Source: Eledone cirrhosa
Lineage: Eukaryota
Direction: 5' to 3'
Assembly (NCBI GenBank): GCA_964016885.1
Contig: OZ024743.1
Location: forward strand, 164,486,001-164,550,000
Length of the DNA stretch: 64,000 bases
Shown: positions 31,125-45,736 of the stretch, in pieces
How the letters are laid out: every line of letters begins with the position of its first letter
Numbering within the stretch: position 1 is the stretch's first letter
The notes under the pieces: generated by a model
Database searches by the model: none
What the model saw: the letters and a program-made list of their open reading frames with translations, nothing else
Told to the model about the DNA's origin: nothing
Translations under genes and position numbers: made by a program

Positions 31125-31313
31125 GTGGATTGGCAATATTGGTCGAGCATCAAATAACATGCTTTGAGGCATATAGTTATGGCTCTTTACTTTCTGAGTT
31201 CAAATTGCGCTAAGGTTAGCTTTGACTTTCGTCTTTAGAGAGTACCAATAACATTTAATCGACTTTCCCCTCCCCAAAACTTGTTGGCCTTGTACCTGAA
31301 TCAGAAACCATTA
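31125..31313 (+). mobile_element. Diverged Nin-like SINE
   Basis: GTGGATTGGCAATATTGGT...GAGTTCAAAT...TTGGCCTTGT...AGAAACCATTAT, matching the SINE consensus seen at 27166 and 36311. Confidence 0.55.
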
Positions 31314-32714
31314 TACATAAATATATCCTATATGCTTTCATATACACCTCTATTACAAATCACACTATATTAATGTTACTAGTGCTAATAAATATAAGTG
31401 TATAAAGATATTTCGGTTGCATTTTAACCTTTGGAATAATTGAAAGACAGTATTTCAGTGAAAAAGGAAAGACAGTATTTCAGTGAAACAATACAATACA
31501 AATGATGATGAATCCTTCATCAGTTTCAACAATGATCATTCAGTTATTCGACTAACTGAACATCTACTTTGTCAATGGATGAGTATTATGCAGATAAGTG
31601 CACTCTTAACCTAATTCCCCAAGACAAATCCATGACACAATATGTGACAAGGTTCGACCTTTGAATTATTGGTACAGTCTTTTCAACAGGCTTCCATATA
31701 GTTTCTGTACACTCAATTTAACTCAAAGACTTGGGTTGACTCATGGCTACAATAAAGGTACTTAGCCAAGATACCACATGAACCAGATTGAAATAAAATT
31801 GAAAATATATTTACAGCTCACACGTATGTAGGTTTTTATTGGCTCCTTTTGATGTTGCAAGCAAGTTATCACATTTTATAATGAAAAGAAAGGAGCTGGT
31901 TGCCAGATCAAACCAAGGAAAATATTTCCATTGCTGATACTATCTGCCAGTAATAACTACCTTTATAACGTGTACAATTTTTATCCAGGAAAGAAATATG
32001 ATGAAGTAATATTTATGCCTTTCTCAAGGAACTTAGTAGTGCAAGTGCTATGAAATAGTTATAACTTGAGCTCAAAAACAAAATTGGAGATTTTCTAGAT
32101 TATTCCACAGTGATTGGTAGTATAACACCGATTTCTGACTTAACTCTATAGAAAAATTGTGTTGTATTTTCAAAACAGTTTGAAATTTGGAGGGACTTAG
32201 TAACATAAGTAGCTTTAACTTTATTGTTACAGAAAATTATGATTGAAGGGTTTTAGATAAATATAAACACTTTAAAATAAACAGTTTTGTATTATAGAAC
32301 CAGGGGTGATTTCAGTCGGTTTGGTATTAACATTCAAGTAATATGTGTAGGGACAGTTGATTGTAAGATCTAATGGTAGGATTTAAAATGTGTATACAGA
32401 AGATGCACTAAACATCGCATTTGAAATTTCTTTGTTTAAAAATGACGGTCAACAAAACAGACTAATTTGATCCTTGAAAGTCGAATTTGGTTATATTTGA
32501 ACTCGAGATGCGTGTGGGAAACTATTGATGGTTTGCCATCTGTCAGTCCCATTTAATATTGACTTTTTATTGTGGTTGTAAAAAGCCATATATTTGTAGG
32601 GAGTGGCACCAAGACTGTAAAGCTTATATGATTTTTAAAGTATTTCAAGACTATCAATTTTCATATGGAGTATATGTAAATGTATGGAAATCCAGACGAG
32701 TATCCTCCACCTCT

Positions 32715-32900
32715 GGGTCCCGGCCAACAGGGTGAAGAATGCAATGCCCCAGAGGACGGTCAGGGTGACACGCTGGGACAGCTGCTCCACCTCACTGGGC
32801 TTACACCTGCTGGCAGCCAGCTCCGCTCCAACATCATTGAGCAGGGATCTCGTCCGAGGGCCAAGAATGCTAGAAGTCTCCACTGCTACAGGCTCTACCA
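32715..32900 (-). pseudogene. Remnant of a CRE-like non-LTR element C-terminus (restriction-like endonuclease end)
   Basis: PVAVETSSILGPRTRSLLNDVG...LSQRVTLTVLWGIA resembles the P.A.ET.G..G...L..IG...L.QR.S..I.RGNA tail of CRE-type ORFs; GC-rich island in AT-rich DNA. Confidence 0.55.
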
Positions 32901-33128
32901 CTATGAGTATGAATGAAAATGTGTGTTTAGAGTAAAAATCTGAAACCATTGAACAAACCCAGCTTATATAAGAAAAAAAGTGACAATAGAGGTATTTTTT
33001 GAATTTGACTAGTTGGTCATCACCTCAAAACACTATGTACCCTTAATGGAAAATATGCGATGGAATGGGGTAGTAAATCACAACTACCACTTGACACAGT
33101 GTACATTGAAATAAAGTATGTTATGTCC

Positions 33129-33162
<34 letters not shown>

Positions 33163-33799
33163 CGTGCGTGTTGTGAAGGATGGAATAAATGGGTTGGTTG
33201 TATCACAACTTCTACATACATACATTGGGTTGTGTTCATACATATGATATGTGACTGGTATATGTTCTACATTACACTACCAAAACCCAGTTTGGAGAAG
33301 CATGCATAATACATAACACATGCTTGTGTCAATGAAAGATTACAAACAATTACCTATGTGTGTGATCTCGAAAACAACATGCATGTTTTACATGGAGTTC
33401 ATGGTTATGCTTGATGTTGCTAATGTCATTGGGAAAAACCCCCTCAGCTTTGTGCTTAGATCACCAGATAGTGAGAGTGTGTGTGTGTGTGTTTTCACCC
33501 TTACCTTTTCTACGCCTCAGTGTCCTTTGTGTGCACGTCGGACAACAGTCCTAATCTCTTCTGTTTACTATTTCTCTCCTTTGGCTAAGAAGCCCTTGTG
33601 CTCTCTATATTTGTGTATTTGCCTAAAGGCGTCACTTGTCTACCCGTTTTGTAATGTCCCAATGTGTACTGGAATGAATAGTATCGATCTTAATTTACCG
33701 AAACCATAGTGGTTTCCAGAGGTTGACTTAGGAGATGCAACCGTCTTGTTTTTTTCCCATTGTTTTTCTCTAGTGCACTCCCTATCTATCTATCTATCT

Positions 33800-34838
33800 A
33801 CACCACCACCACCACCTCTACTGCGTCTTCCCTCCACTGGAACTTCCTGGCACTTCTTCACCCATCGGTCATCTTCCATGCGCATCACATGCCCATACCA
33901 TCTCAGCCTTCTCTCCTGCACACCACAATTTATCCCTCTTATACCCAGTTTCTTTCTCAACTCGTCTATGCTTGGTCGTTCACGCAACATTGACATTGCA
34001 CATCCAACGGAGCATACTTGCTTCATTTCTCTCCAGCCGTTGCATATCTTCTGCAGTTGCTGCCCATGTCTCACTACCATACAGCATCGTGCATCTCACA
34101 CAGACATCATATAACCGTCCTTTCATATGCAGGGAGAAACCTTTCTTTGTCAACAGAGGGAGCAGCTCCCTCAACTTCTTCCAGCCTGTCATTCTAGATA
34201 GTATGGCCTTGGAACACCCCCCTCCCATGTTAATCTGATCACCTAGGTACCGGAAGCCATCAACCACTTCTATAGCACCCACCTGCATTGGAAAAATGAG
34301 TATCACATCGATTACTACTGCCAAGTTTCCCTGTACATCTACTGCACACGTAGTTATCCCTACCTGTTAGTTTGCCTGCTATCCCACTACATCTTTTGTG
34401 TACTCAAGATCTGCATTGCGTACATTTTATGGAATTTATGCCAGTTCCTTTCCTACATATCGAACATGGCCATTTCCCTGGCGGGATCAGAGTATTGTCC
34501 TCTTTTTTACTCATCAAAACTTTTGTCTTAACTAGGTTCACTCTCGGCCCTCTTGTTTCCAACTGCTGTTTCCATAGCCAGAATCTATTCTCCAGCTCCT
34601 CCACTGATTCTGCTATAAGAACCAGATCGTCAGCAAAAAGAAGTTCCATGGACAGCCAGTCTTAAACTCCAAGAGTGGGCTGAGGACAGAACCTTGATAT
34701 ACACCTATGTATCTGGAATTCCTTACTAAACTCTATTCCTATTCTCACTTTACTGACAGCACCCCTGTACATAGCTTGCACTGTCCTCACAAGCCATTCC
34801 TCTACCCCTAGTTTCCTTAGGGATCACCAAATGACAGA
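33800..34838 (-). mobile_element. Older divergent RTE (PHD-in-RT family, third subfamily) fragment
   Basis: [38 protein letters not shown] in broken frames. Confidence 0.85.
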
Positions 34839-35251
34839 CACACACACCATTTAAGTTATTTTGATTACCAGTGGGTAGAACTGGTGGTAGGAAAATCATG
34901 ATGTAACAAATCAATCGCACTCAACATTATGGAAGTCATCCATCATAGATGTGGTATCCAGTAGTTGGTGCTGGAACGGTGTAAAGTATTCATAAAATGA
35001 CAAAAGAAGGCCGAACTGATCCACTATACATATTTCAATGGCCCAGCTCCATCATCCAAATATGATGCAAGACAGGACGATCTCATCAGATAACTTCAAC
35101 AGAATTACAAACAGGAATACGTTGAACCTAAACATATGGAATATAGAGTAAAGAGAATAAATTGAAAATTCGATTAGGGGATTGCATGTAAAAAAAACTG
35201 TTGTATTGGAAGGAAGATGTATAGTGATTTCACGGAATTGAAAAGTATATA

Positions 35252-35340
35252 TACAGTTGTCCCCCGGTATTCGCATGGGTCACGTTCCTAGAGCACCCGC
35301 GAGAGTGAAAAACTGCGAATATTGGACGTGGTACATAAGA
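35252..35340. mobile_element. Possible Tigger/pogo-like DNA transposon end
   Basis: TA-CAGTTGTCCCCCGGTATTCGC...GTTCC resembles Tigger-type TIRs; partner end not found. Confidence 0.35.
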
Positions 35341-35472
35341 ATACCTATAAACGTCAGAATATAATTTTTAAAAAGGGAGCGTCTTATGCGAAGGGGCGTC
35401 CAATATGCGGTTTTCCACGAACAATTATTAGTTAGGGCCTAAGAAAAATTCTGCATGTCGGGGTGGGGGTAC

Positions 35473-35545
<73 letters not shown>

Positions 35546-35547
35546 AT

Positions 35548-35595
<48 letters not shown>

Positions 35596-36310
35596 GGTGT
35601 CCCAATAAAAGTATATTCACTTCAATGGCATTCTAATAAAAGTGTGGATACATTTTGGGGAGACACTGCGTGCAAATATGTATGTGTGTATAGGTATGTG
35701 TGTATATGTTATACTGTACTCAGACATATGCTGAAACAACTAGGTAGTGAAGATGATATAAAATAAAAAGATAAAGCTTTACTGTAATTAGAGATTTCTT
35801 GACAAAACATCAAATTCCAGTTTGACTGTTCAAATAAAAGAAAAAAATAGGGAGCAGGGCTGGTTTGGAATGGGGCATGATGTAGTAAAGGGATGAGAGA
35901 GAGTAGATAGCAAGGTAATATATGTTAGTGTAAACCAGAGGGGGGCAAGGTAGATAGCTTTCTAAGAGACAGTCAACATATTCATCACAGTGAGTGGCCC
36001 TTTAGACAGTAGGTCAGATTCATTGGCCAGGAAGAATAACTTTATTTTAGTTGTTTTTTTACCTTTTACAAGCAGTCATCATAATAATCTAAAACTATTT
36101 TTGTACATTAGAGAAAGAGGGGAAACAAAGTAGACACATGTTTAAAATAACTTGCTGATAAACAAAAGTATACAGGTGAAATAAAGTTTAAAGTTAGGTT
36201 GAATGGAACCGTTAAAAAATGCATGAATGCTATGATACTGAACAAATATGTGTTTTGTTTTGTAACAGATATACATAGTCATGTAACAAGTTAATTTAGC
36301 TAGAACATTC

Positions 36311-36503
36311 AATAATTGTTTCTACTTTTGGCACAAGGCCAGCAATTAAATCAGTGTACTACTGGTACTTTATTTTATCGACCCGTTAAGGATGAAAGGC
36401 AAAGTTAACCTCGGCGGGATTTGAACTCAGACCATAAAGGGTCGTAACTCTTTGCTGCAAAGCATGGCGTCCGACCCTCTACCAATACTTCCAATCCACC
36501 GCC
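36311..36503 (-). mobile_element. tRNA-derived Nin-like SINE
   Basis: Minus strand GGCGGTGGATTGGAAGTATTGGTAG...GAGTTCAAATCCCGCCGAGGTTAACTTTGCCTTTCATCC...GGTCGATAAAA. Confidence 0.78.
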
Positions 36504-37469
36504 CTAGTTTCTTACAGTTTCCTTCAATCCCCGGTTGAAATAATTTTCATTTTTCTTGTACAACCAAATACCGCTGAAATGTCATTCATATATTACAACC
36601 TCACATTTATGTTGCCTTCTTCCTTTCCCCAAGTCCAAGATTTGGTCTTGTCAACGCCAAGCCAGGTTTCTAATTTAGGCATAATTGAGGGGCGCAGTTA
36701 ATATCTACCCAGTACTTAACTGGTATACTTCCTTTAATCGACCCCGACAGAATGAAAAACAAAATTTACCTCGGCAGCATTTGAACTCAGATGGCCTGCC
36801 ACATGGCATTTTGGCCAACGCTCTAACGATTGTCATTAGACAAGTAATTTTGGTAGAGGGGAAAATCAATTATATCGACCCTCAGTATTTGATTAGTAAT
36901 TCACTTCGGGGTTGATTTCAACTTCCAAAGTAAAGAGCCATAAATAAATATGATAAGGCATTTTGTTCGACGCATTAACGGATACTGCAAAACATATTTG
37001 AAGTTCCAATTATGGCCGGACTTTCTTGTATGTCGGGGCACCCTCTGGCACTGGAATCTTTCACCCCACTAAAACAAAACAAAAAAAATAAAATAAAATA
37101 AAGGAGCCTTGTTCCCTGGGTAGCCCCTAGTTTCCACTCTAGTTAGTCCAGTCGGTTATGATTATTTCACTTCATTTATTCTACTAATGGTTTCTCGAAA
37201 AACATGGACTTCACAAATTCATTTTCCTCCTGTCCTCCTGTGTAATTTCAGAGTTTCGAGCATAAACGAGTTAGTGTTTTTTTTCTTCTTTTTAAGGCGA
37301 GGAAAATATAATTTAATCTTGAGAGAAGGCTTGTAAGCATCGTTTCAATTAGGAAAAACCAAGAATTACTTTTGTAAAATTAAAATTATATCAACACAAA
37401 CATGGCTGTTATTTCTGGCAGGTCAAACGACCAGACCCGACGACCACCAGTAATTACTTGGGGACATCA

Positions 37470-37503
<34 letters not shown>

Positions 37504-37650
37504 GTGTCTCCAAAATATATATACACACTTCAACAGCATTCTCTACATGTCTATACATTTTTTCATGACACTGTGTGTGTGTATATATATATATATATTT
37601 ACATATACATACATCATATATATATACATACATACATACATACATATATA

Positions 37651-38030
37651 CATGGTGGCTGCCAACTCGTTTTCGAGTACGGCCACTACTTTATATCCAT
37701 GTAGGAGAACCCCTACCGATGCGCTGAATGAGAGTGACTTTTTAGTCCAGCCAGCGACTTGAAAACTCTGGTACAAACACTACACTTGTGACAATTACTG
37801 ACATAGTGCTGGGCCCATGGTACCATGTGATGACAAGTGCAGAGAGATCTCCAGATATAAAGCAATGCCTGTGCTGTGAAGCTTTTATAGTGAGCAAAGG
37901 CACTGCACAAAGCCAGTCCCACTCTCTTAACCAAGATGATATTTACCAAAAAGAAGAACAAGTCAACATCATTGGATGACTCCTTAGCCTTTGTCAAGGC
38001 AGAATTCTAGGTAAAGGAAAACTCTGATAC
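37651..38030 (-). mobile_element. Bipartite RTE-derived non-autonomous element, with inverted 5' segment
   Basis: Near-identical to 44734-45060; 37976-38029 is the reverse complement of 45085-45138. Confidence 0.75.
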
Positions 38031-38071
38031 CCTAATATATATACATACATATATATATATACATACATATA

Positions 38072-38756
38072 TGATGATGGCTGCCCCCTCGTTATCGAGT
38101 ATGGCCATTGCACGAGAAAAAAAAAATAATATATATATATATATATATACATACACACACATACATACATATGTACAGCCACCGGAAATAACATCTGTGA
38201 AATATACAGCGCCATCTACCTGTTAGCTAGCTACCTCAACGTGAAACAAAAGAACCCTTAAAAGCTACCAGAATAAATGCCTACACAGCAGCTAAACATC
38301 AAACGATTATTTCTGTATAAATAGAGTGGTTCCAAACACTTCGCCAGTCGACATTTGGCAGAGTCAGCTAGCGCATCGTTGTTCCTCGCCTCTGCCACGC
38401 TTTGTCACTCACACACGCCTTGTACCTCGTGTCGTCGCTTCATGTGAAAATAAATAGCTGATCGAATTTACATCTCGCCTTGCTTCGTCCTTACAACTTG
38501 TGCTTTCGTCTGTCCATCCTCAACAGTTCTTTTAAGGGCTATATGCGACAACAGTCCTTTTAAGGGCTATCTTCAGATCTGATCAGACCGTATGCGATAA
38601 GAGTCCTTCTAAGGGCTATTCTCAGATCTGATCGGAAGTAGTGACTAGACTGACTAACCACGTCGCTACACATACACACATATACATATACATACACATA
38701 TATTAATAACAATAATAATAATAACAACAACAATAACGACAACAACAACAATAATA

Positions 38757-38801
<45 letters not shown>

Positions 38802-39525
38802 CACACGCACAAACATATCTATACACACACACGCACGATAGCAACTAACAGCGCTGCGATCGAATGTGGCTTTTTAGCCCAGCCAATGATCTAAAATGTC
38901 TTGCACAGAGTCGGCAACCAAAACATTCACTGGGAATAGTCGGCTGTGGTTGGAGTTTGTGTACTTTTGCATGTCGCTTCAGCCCTCCTGCTGATTTACA
39001 TTCTCTACCACATGTTTGGCAAGCATGATGAGTAGCATCTCCAACAGTAGCCTGGTTGTCAACCACTGGTCTTACTTTATGACTGCGAAGATGACTTTTG
39101 AGTCCAGCTTTGCTGAGGCAGAGTCTCGCACAGACGCTGCATATCAGCACCATAGGAGGACCTTCGCCGTCTGGAAGTGCAACAGCAATGCCCTTCCTCA
39201 CATCCCGCTTTACTTTCTCGTATGTGATTCGAGATGCCTCAAAGGCAACTTTTCCCTCATATACAGTCTTTCTCCATTTATTAAGATCAGCAGCAATATT
39301 TTCCCATGTATCATCAGAGATGTTAGCGTCTTTCAGAGAGGCTTTCAAGGAATCCTTATACCTCTTTTTTGGTTTATGTGGCGGTCGTTTTCCTTTAACT
39401 AACTCTCCATAAAAGAGTTGTTTTGGTATTCTAGAATCCTTCATCCTGGAAAGGTGACCACTCCAACGGAGTCGTTGCTTAAGCACAAGAGCTTCTATAC
39501 TGTCACACATAGATATACTGTCACA
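38072..39525 (-). mobile_element. 3' fragment of the C2H2-finger RTE family (3' UTR interrupted by a solo LTR)
   Basis: Coding 38845-39510 nearly identical to 46180-46845; terminal GGCCATACTCGATAACGAGGGGGCAGCCATC at 38075-38105. Confidence 0.88.
38172..38670 (+). mobile_element. Probable solo LTR
   Basis: Starts TGTA and ends TACA; TATAAATA at 38316, AATAAA at 38449; flanked by CATA on both sides inside a microsatellite; short internal repeats of TAAGGGCTAT..CAGATCTGATC. Confidence 0.65.
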
Positions 39526-39880
39526 CATATATACATATATATACATACATATATATATATACACATATATACATATATATATATATACACATATATACAT
39601 ACATATATATACATATATATATATATACACATATATACATACATATATATACATATATATATATATACACATATATACATACATATATATACATATATAT
39701 ATATATACACACATATACATACATATATATACATATATATATATACACACACATATACATACATATATATACATATATATATATACACACATATACATAC
39801 ATATATATACATATATATATATATACACACATATACATACATATATATACATATATATATATATACACACATATACATAC

Positions 39881-39927
<47 letters not shown>

Positions 39928-39930
39928 TAC

Positions 39931-39961
<31 letters not shown>

Positions 39962-40214
39962 TACATATATATACATATATATATATACACACATATATAC
40001 ATACATATATATACATACACATACACATACACATACACATATATACATACATATATATATACATACATATATATACATACACATACACATACATATACAT
40101 ATATATATATACATACATATACATACACATATATACATACACATATATATATACATACATATACACATATATATACATACACATATATATACATACACAT
40201 ATATATACATACAC

Positions 40215-40249
<35 letters not shown>

Positions 40250-40256
40250 CATACAC

Positions 40257-40322
<66 letters not shown>

Positions 40323-40334
40323 ATACATACATAC

Positions 40335-40421
<87 letters not shown>

Positions 40422-40511
40422 CATACATACATACATACATACATATACATACATACATACATACATACATACACACACATACATACATACATACATACAT
40501 ACATACATACA

Positions 40512-40543
<32 letters not shown>

Positions 40544-40583
40544 CATACATACATACATACATACATATACATACATACATACA

Positions 40584-40617
<34 letters not shown>

Positions 40618-40725
40618 CATACATACATACATATATATATATACATACATATATACATATACATATATATATACATACATATATACATACATATATACAT
40701 ACATATATACATATATATACATATA
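39526..40725. repeat. (TA/TACA)n microsatellite
   Basis: Direct reading. Confidence 0.95.
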
Positions 40726-42880
40726 TCATCATCATCATCATCATCAGGTTTAGCGTCCGTGTTCCACGCTTGCATGGGTTTGGACGGGGGTTTTCCCACT
40801 TGAGGCAAGAGTCGTTGTCTTGCTCGCATAGGACTGTCTGGCGGGTTTTCTACAGTTGGATGCCCTTCCTAACACCAACCACATTTACAGTGTGGGGCTG
40901 GGAGGTTTTTACCGTGTTGCCTACACGGCCACATTACAGCGTGGACTGTCTGGCGGGTTTTCTACAGCTGGATGCCCTTCCTAACACCAACCACATTTAC
41001 AGTGTGGGGCTGGGAGGTTTTTACCGTGTTGCCTACACGGCCACATTTACAGCGTGGACTGTGTGTTTTTTGTCGTGACACCTACACGATCTCATTTGTT
41101 TCGGCCTGGATGTTGTGGGACCAACATAACTTTACATTGAAAGGGGCGGTGTGGGTGGGGTGGAGGGTGGATGGGACGGGGGTGTGTTTTGATAGAGATG
41201 CCTACTGACTGTAGTAGGTTTTTACTTTGTATTTAGGTAAGGCGGGTCTTCTCTATTACTGAGTACCGCCAAAGGTCTCGGTCCAGTGACATTGTCTTGG
41301 AGAGGTGTAAGCGTGTGAGGTCGGAATTTATCAGCTCGTCCCATGTTTTTCTGGGTCTGCCTACTCCGTGGCTACCGTCTATCTTTATTGCCCTGCACTT
41401 TGTTATACAGCTGTCGTCTTTCATGCGCATCACGTGACCGTACCAACGTAGCCTTCTCTCGAGTAAACAACATCTGATCCCTCTTATTTCTAATTTTTTC
41501 CTTAGTTCGTTTATGCTTTGCCGTTCACGTATATTACTATTGCACATCCAGCGGAGCATGCAAGCTTCGTTCCTCTCTAGTCTGCGTATATCCTCTGCAC
41601 ACAATGCCCAGGTCTCACTGCCATGCAGCATTGCTGTTCGTATGCAGGCATCGTATAACCTGCCTTTCATTTTTAGGGAGAACCCTCTAGCGGCTAATAG
41701 TGGTATAAGCTCTCTGAACTTTTTCCATCCAGTTCTGACTCTAGCTACTGTACTTTCAGAGCACCCTCCCCCACTGCTGATTTTGTCACCCAGATAACGG
41801 AAGCTGTCCACTATTTCTATAGAACCCTCTGCGCAGTTGAAGGAGCTAGTATTTCGTGGGCACTTGCTGCTACTTATTGCACCAGAGCACCGGCCAAATG
41901 TAAAATCTATGTTCTTAGTTAGCTTACCTGTGATCCCACTACATCTTTTATGCACCCATACTTTGCATTTGGGACATAAAATGGAGTTTCTACTTACGCC
42001 TTTCCTACACACTGAGCATGGCCATTTCCCCGATGGGACCGCCGCCTTATTTTCTTTCCTACAAACTAGAACTTTAGTCTTAGCCAGGTTAATTTTAAGG
42101 CCTTTTGATTCTAGGCCGTGCTTCCACGTTTGGAATTTCTTCTCTAGTTCGGTCATTGATTCAGCTATGAGCGTTAGATCATCTGCGTATAGGAGTTCCC
42201 ATGGGCAGCCGGTCTTGAACTCCTCTGTTATAGCCTGAAGGGCAATAATAAATAGTAGGGGGCTAAGAACAGAGCCCTGATGGACACCAACTTTTACGCT
42301 AAACTCTTCACTATATTCGTTGTTAATTCTAACCTTACTGACTGTTTCTTTATACATGGCTTGTATAGCTCTCACAAGCCATTCGTCAACACCTAGTTTT
42401 CTAAGAGACCACCAGATAATGGAACGGGGGACTCTGTCGAAGGCTTTCTCCAAGTCGACGAAAGCTAAGTATAGGGGTTTACTTTTAGCTAGGTACTTCT
42501 CCTGTAGTTGTCGTACAATGAAAAGAGCGTCTGTGGTACTTTTGCCTGACACAAACCCGAACTGCATTTCATCTAGATCAATTCTCTCTCTGATTAGTTG
42601 CGCTATTACTTTTTCCGTGACCTTCATGACCTGGTCGATTAATTTAATGCCTCTATAGTTACTCCTATCTAGGGCATCTCCTTTTCCCTTATAGCAGTTA
42701 ACGATGATGCTGCTACGCCATTCCTTCGGAACAACCCCATTCTGTACGACTTGGTTAACTATCCGGGTGACCATGGTGTGTCCCACCGAACCAGATGCCT
42801 TCAGCATCTCAGCAACTATTTCCGAAGGCCCAGCCGCCTTACCCGTCTTCATATCTTTGATTGACTTACTTATTATACTA
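40726..42880 (-). mobile_element. 5'-truncated RTE subfamily A with open RT frame
   Basis: Frame 42880-41233 uninterrupted (LYADDL, FRYLG); 3' UTR carries a 112-bp tandem duplication; (CAT)n tail. Confidence 0.93.
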
Positions 42881-43108
42881 CATATATATATACATATATA
42901 TACATATATATATATATACATATACATATATATACATATATATATATACATATATATATATATACATATATATATATACATATATATATATACATATATA
43001 TTATATATACATATTATATATACATATATACATATATATACATATATACATACATATATACATATATATATATACATATATACATACATATATATATACA
43101 TACATATA

Positions 43109-43149
<41 letters not shown>

Positions 43150-43460
43150 ACATACATATATATATACATACATATATATATACATACATATATATATACA
43201 TACATATATATATACATACATATATATATACATACATATATATATATACATACATATATATATACATACATATATATATACATACATATATACATACATA
43301 CATATATATATACATACATATATACATACATACATATATATATATACATACATATATATATACATACATATATATATACATACATATATACATACATACA
43401 TACATATATACATACATATATACATACATACATACATACATACATACATACATACATACA

Positions 43461-43494
<34 letters not shown>

Positions 43495-44733
43495 CATATA
43501 TATACATAAATACATATATATATACATACATATACATACATACATATATATATACATATATATATACATACATATACATACATACATATATATATACATA
43601 TATATATACATACATATACATACATACATATATATATACATACATACATATATACATACATACATATATACATATATATATACATATATATATACATACA
43701 TATACATACATACATATATATATACATACATATACATACATATATATATACATACATATACATACATACATATATATATACATACATATACATACATATA
43801 TATATACATACATACATATATATATACATACATACATATATACATATATATATACATATATATATACATACATATATACATACATATATATATACATATA
43901 TATATACATATATATATACATATATATATACATACATATATATATATATACATACATACATATATACATACATATATATATATATACATACATACATATA
44001 TACATACATATATATATATATACATACATACATATATACATACATATATATATATATACATACATACATACATATATACATACATATATATATATATACA
44101 TACATACATATATACATACATATATATATATATACATACATACATATATACATACATATATATATATATACATACATACATATATACATACATATATATA
44201 TATATACATACATACATATATACATACATATATATATATATACATACATACATATATACATACATATATATATATATACATACATACATATATACATACA
44301 TATATATATATATACATACATACATATATACATACATATATATATATATACATACATATATATATATATACATACATACATATATACATACATATATATA
44401 TATATATACATACATACATATATATACATACATACATATATACATACATATATATATATACATACATACATATATACATACATATATATATATACATACA
44501 TACATATATACATATATATATACATACATATATACATATATATATACATACATACATATATACATACATACATATATACATACATATATATATATATACA
44601 TACATATATACATACATACATACATATATATATATACATATATACATACATACATATATATATATATATACATACATACATACATATATATATATATATA
44701 CATACATATATACATACATACATATATATATAC
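42881..44733. repeat. ~1.85-kb (TACA/TA)n microsatellite
   Basis: Direct reading. Confidence 0.95.
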
Positions 44734-45188
44734 ATGGTGGCTGCCAACTCGTTTTCGAGTACGGCCACTACTTTATATCCATGTAGGAGAACCCCTACCG
44801 ATGCGCTGAACGAGTGTGACTTTTTAGTCCAGCCAGCGACTTGAAAACTCTGGTACAAAGACTACACTTGTGACCATTATTGACACATAGTGCAGGGCCC
44901 ATGGTACCATGTGATGACAAGTGCAGAGAGATCTCCAGATATAAAGCAATGCCTGTGCTGTGAAGCTTTTATAGTGAGCAAAGGCACTGCACAAAGCCAG
45001 TCCCACTCTCTTAACCAAGATGATATTTACCAAAAAGAAGAACAAGTCAACATCATTGGATACCATCAGGGTTGCAGGTGTTATATCAGAGTTTTCCTTC
45101 TCCTAGAATTCTGCCTTGACAAAGGCTAAGGGGTCATCTCTCCCGGTGATTTTGGATGGCTATTGACTCTTAAGAGCTCCCTTGCCCT
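44734..45188 (-). mobile_element. Bipartite RTE-derived SINE-like element (RTE 5' UTR joined to RTE 3' end)
   Basis: 44947-45152 aligns by eye to the RTE 5' UTR at 55908-56133 (shared CTAGGAGAAGG). The 3' part is a zinc-finger remnant plus terminal stem-loop CTCG-AAAA-CGAG. Confidence 0.78.
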
Positions 45189-45583
45189 TATATATATACA
45201 TACATATATACATACATACATATATATATATACATACATATATACATACATACATATATATATATACATACATATATACATACATATATACATACATACA
45301 TATATATACATACATACATATATATATATACATACATATATACATATACATACATATATACATACATACATATATATATATACATACATACATACATATA
45401 TATATATATATACATATATACATACATACATATATATATATATATACATATATACATACATACATATATATATATATATACATATATACATACATACATA
45501 TATATATATATATACATATATACATACATACATATATATATATATATACATACATACATACATACATATATATATATATATAC

Positions 45584-45614
<31 letters not shown>

Positions 45615-45705
45615 CATACATACATACATATATATATACATATATACATACATACATACATATATATACATATATACATACATACATACATATATATATA
45701 TATAC

Positions 45706-45736
<31 letters not shown>

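Noticed and set aside
35075-35095. CTGATGAG on the minus strand, and a possible exon in 34860-35200
   Set aside because: No stem II/GAAA follows; frames contain stops and no recognisable protein motif.
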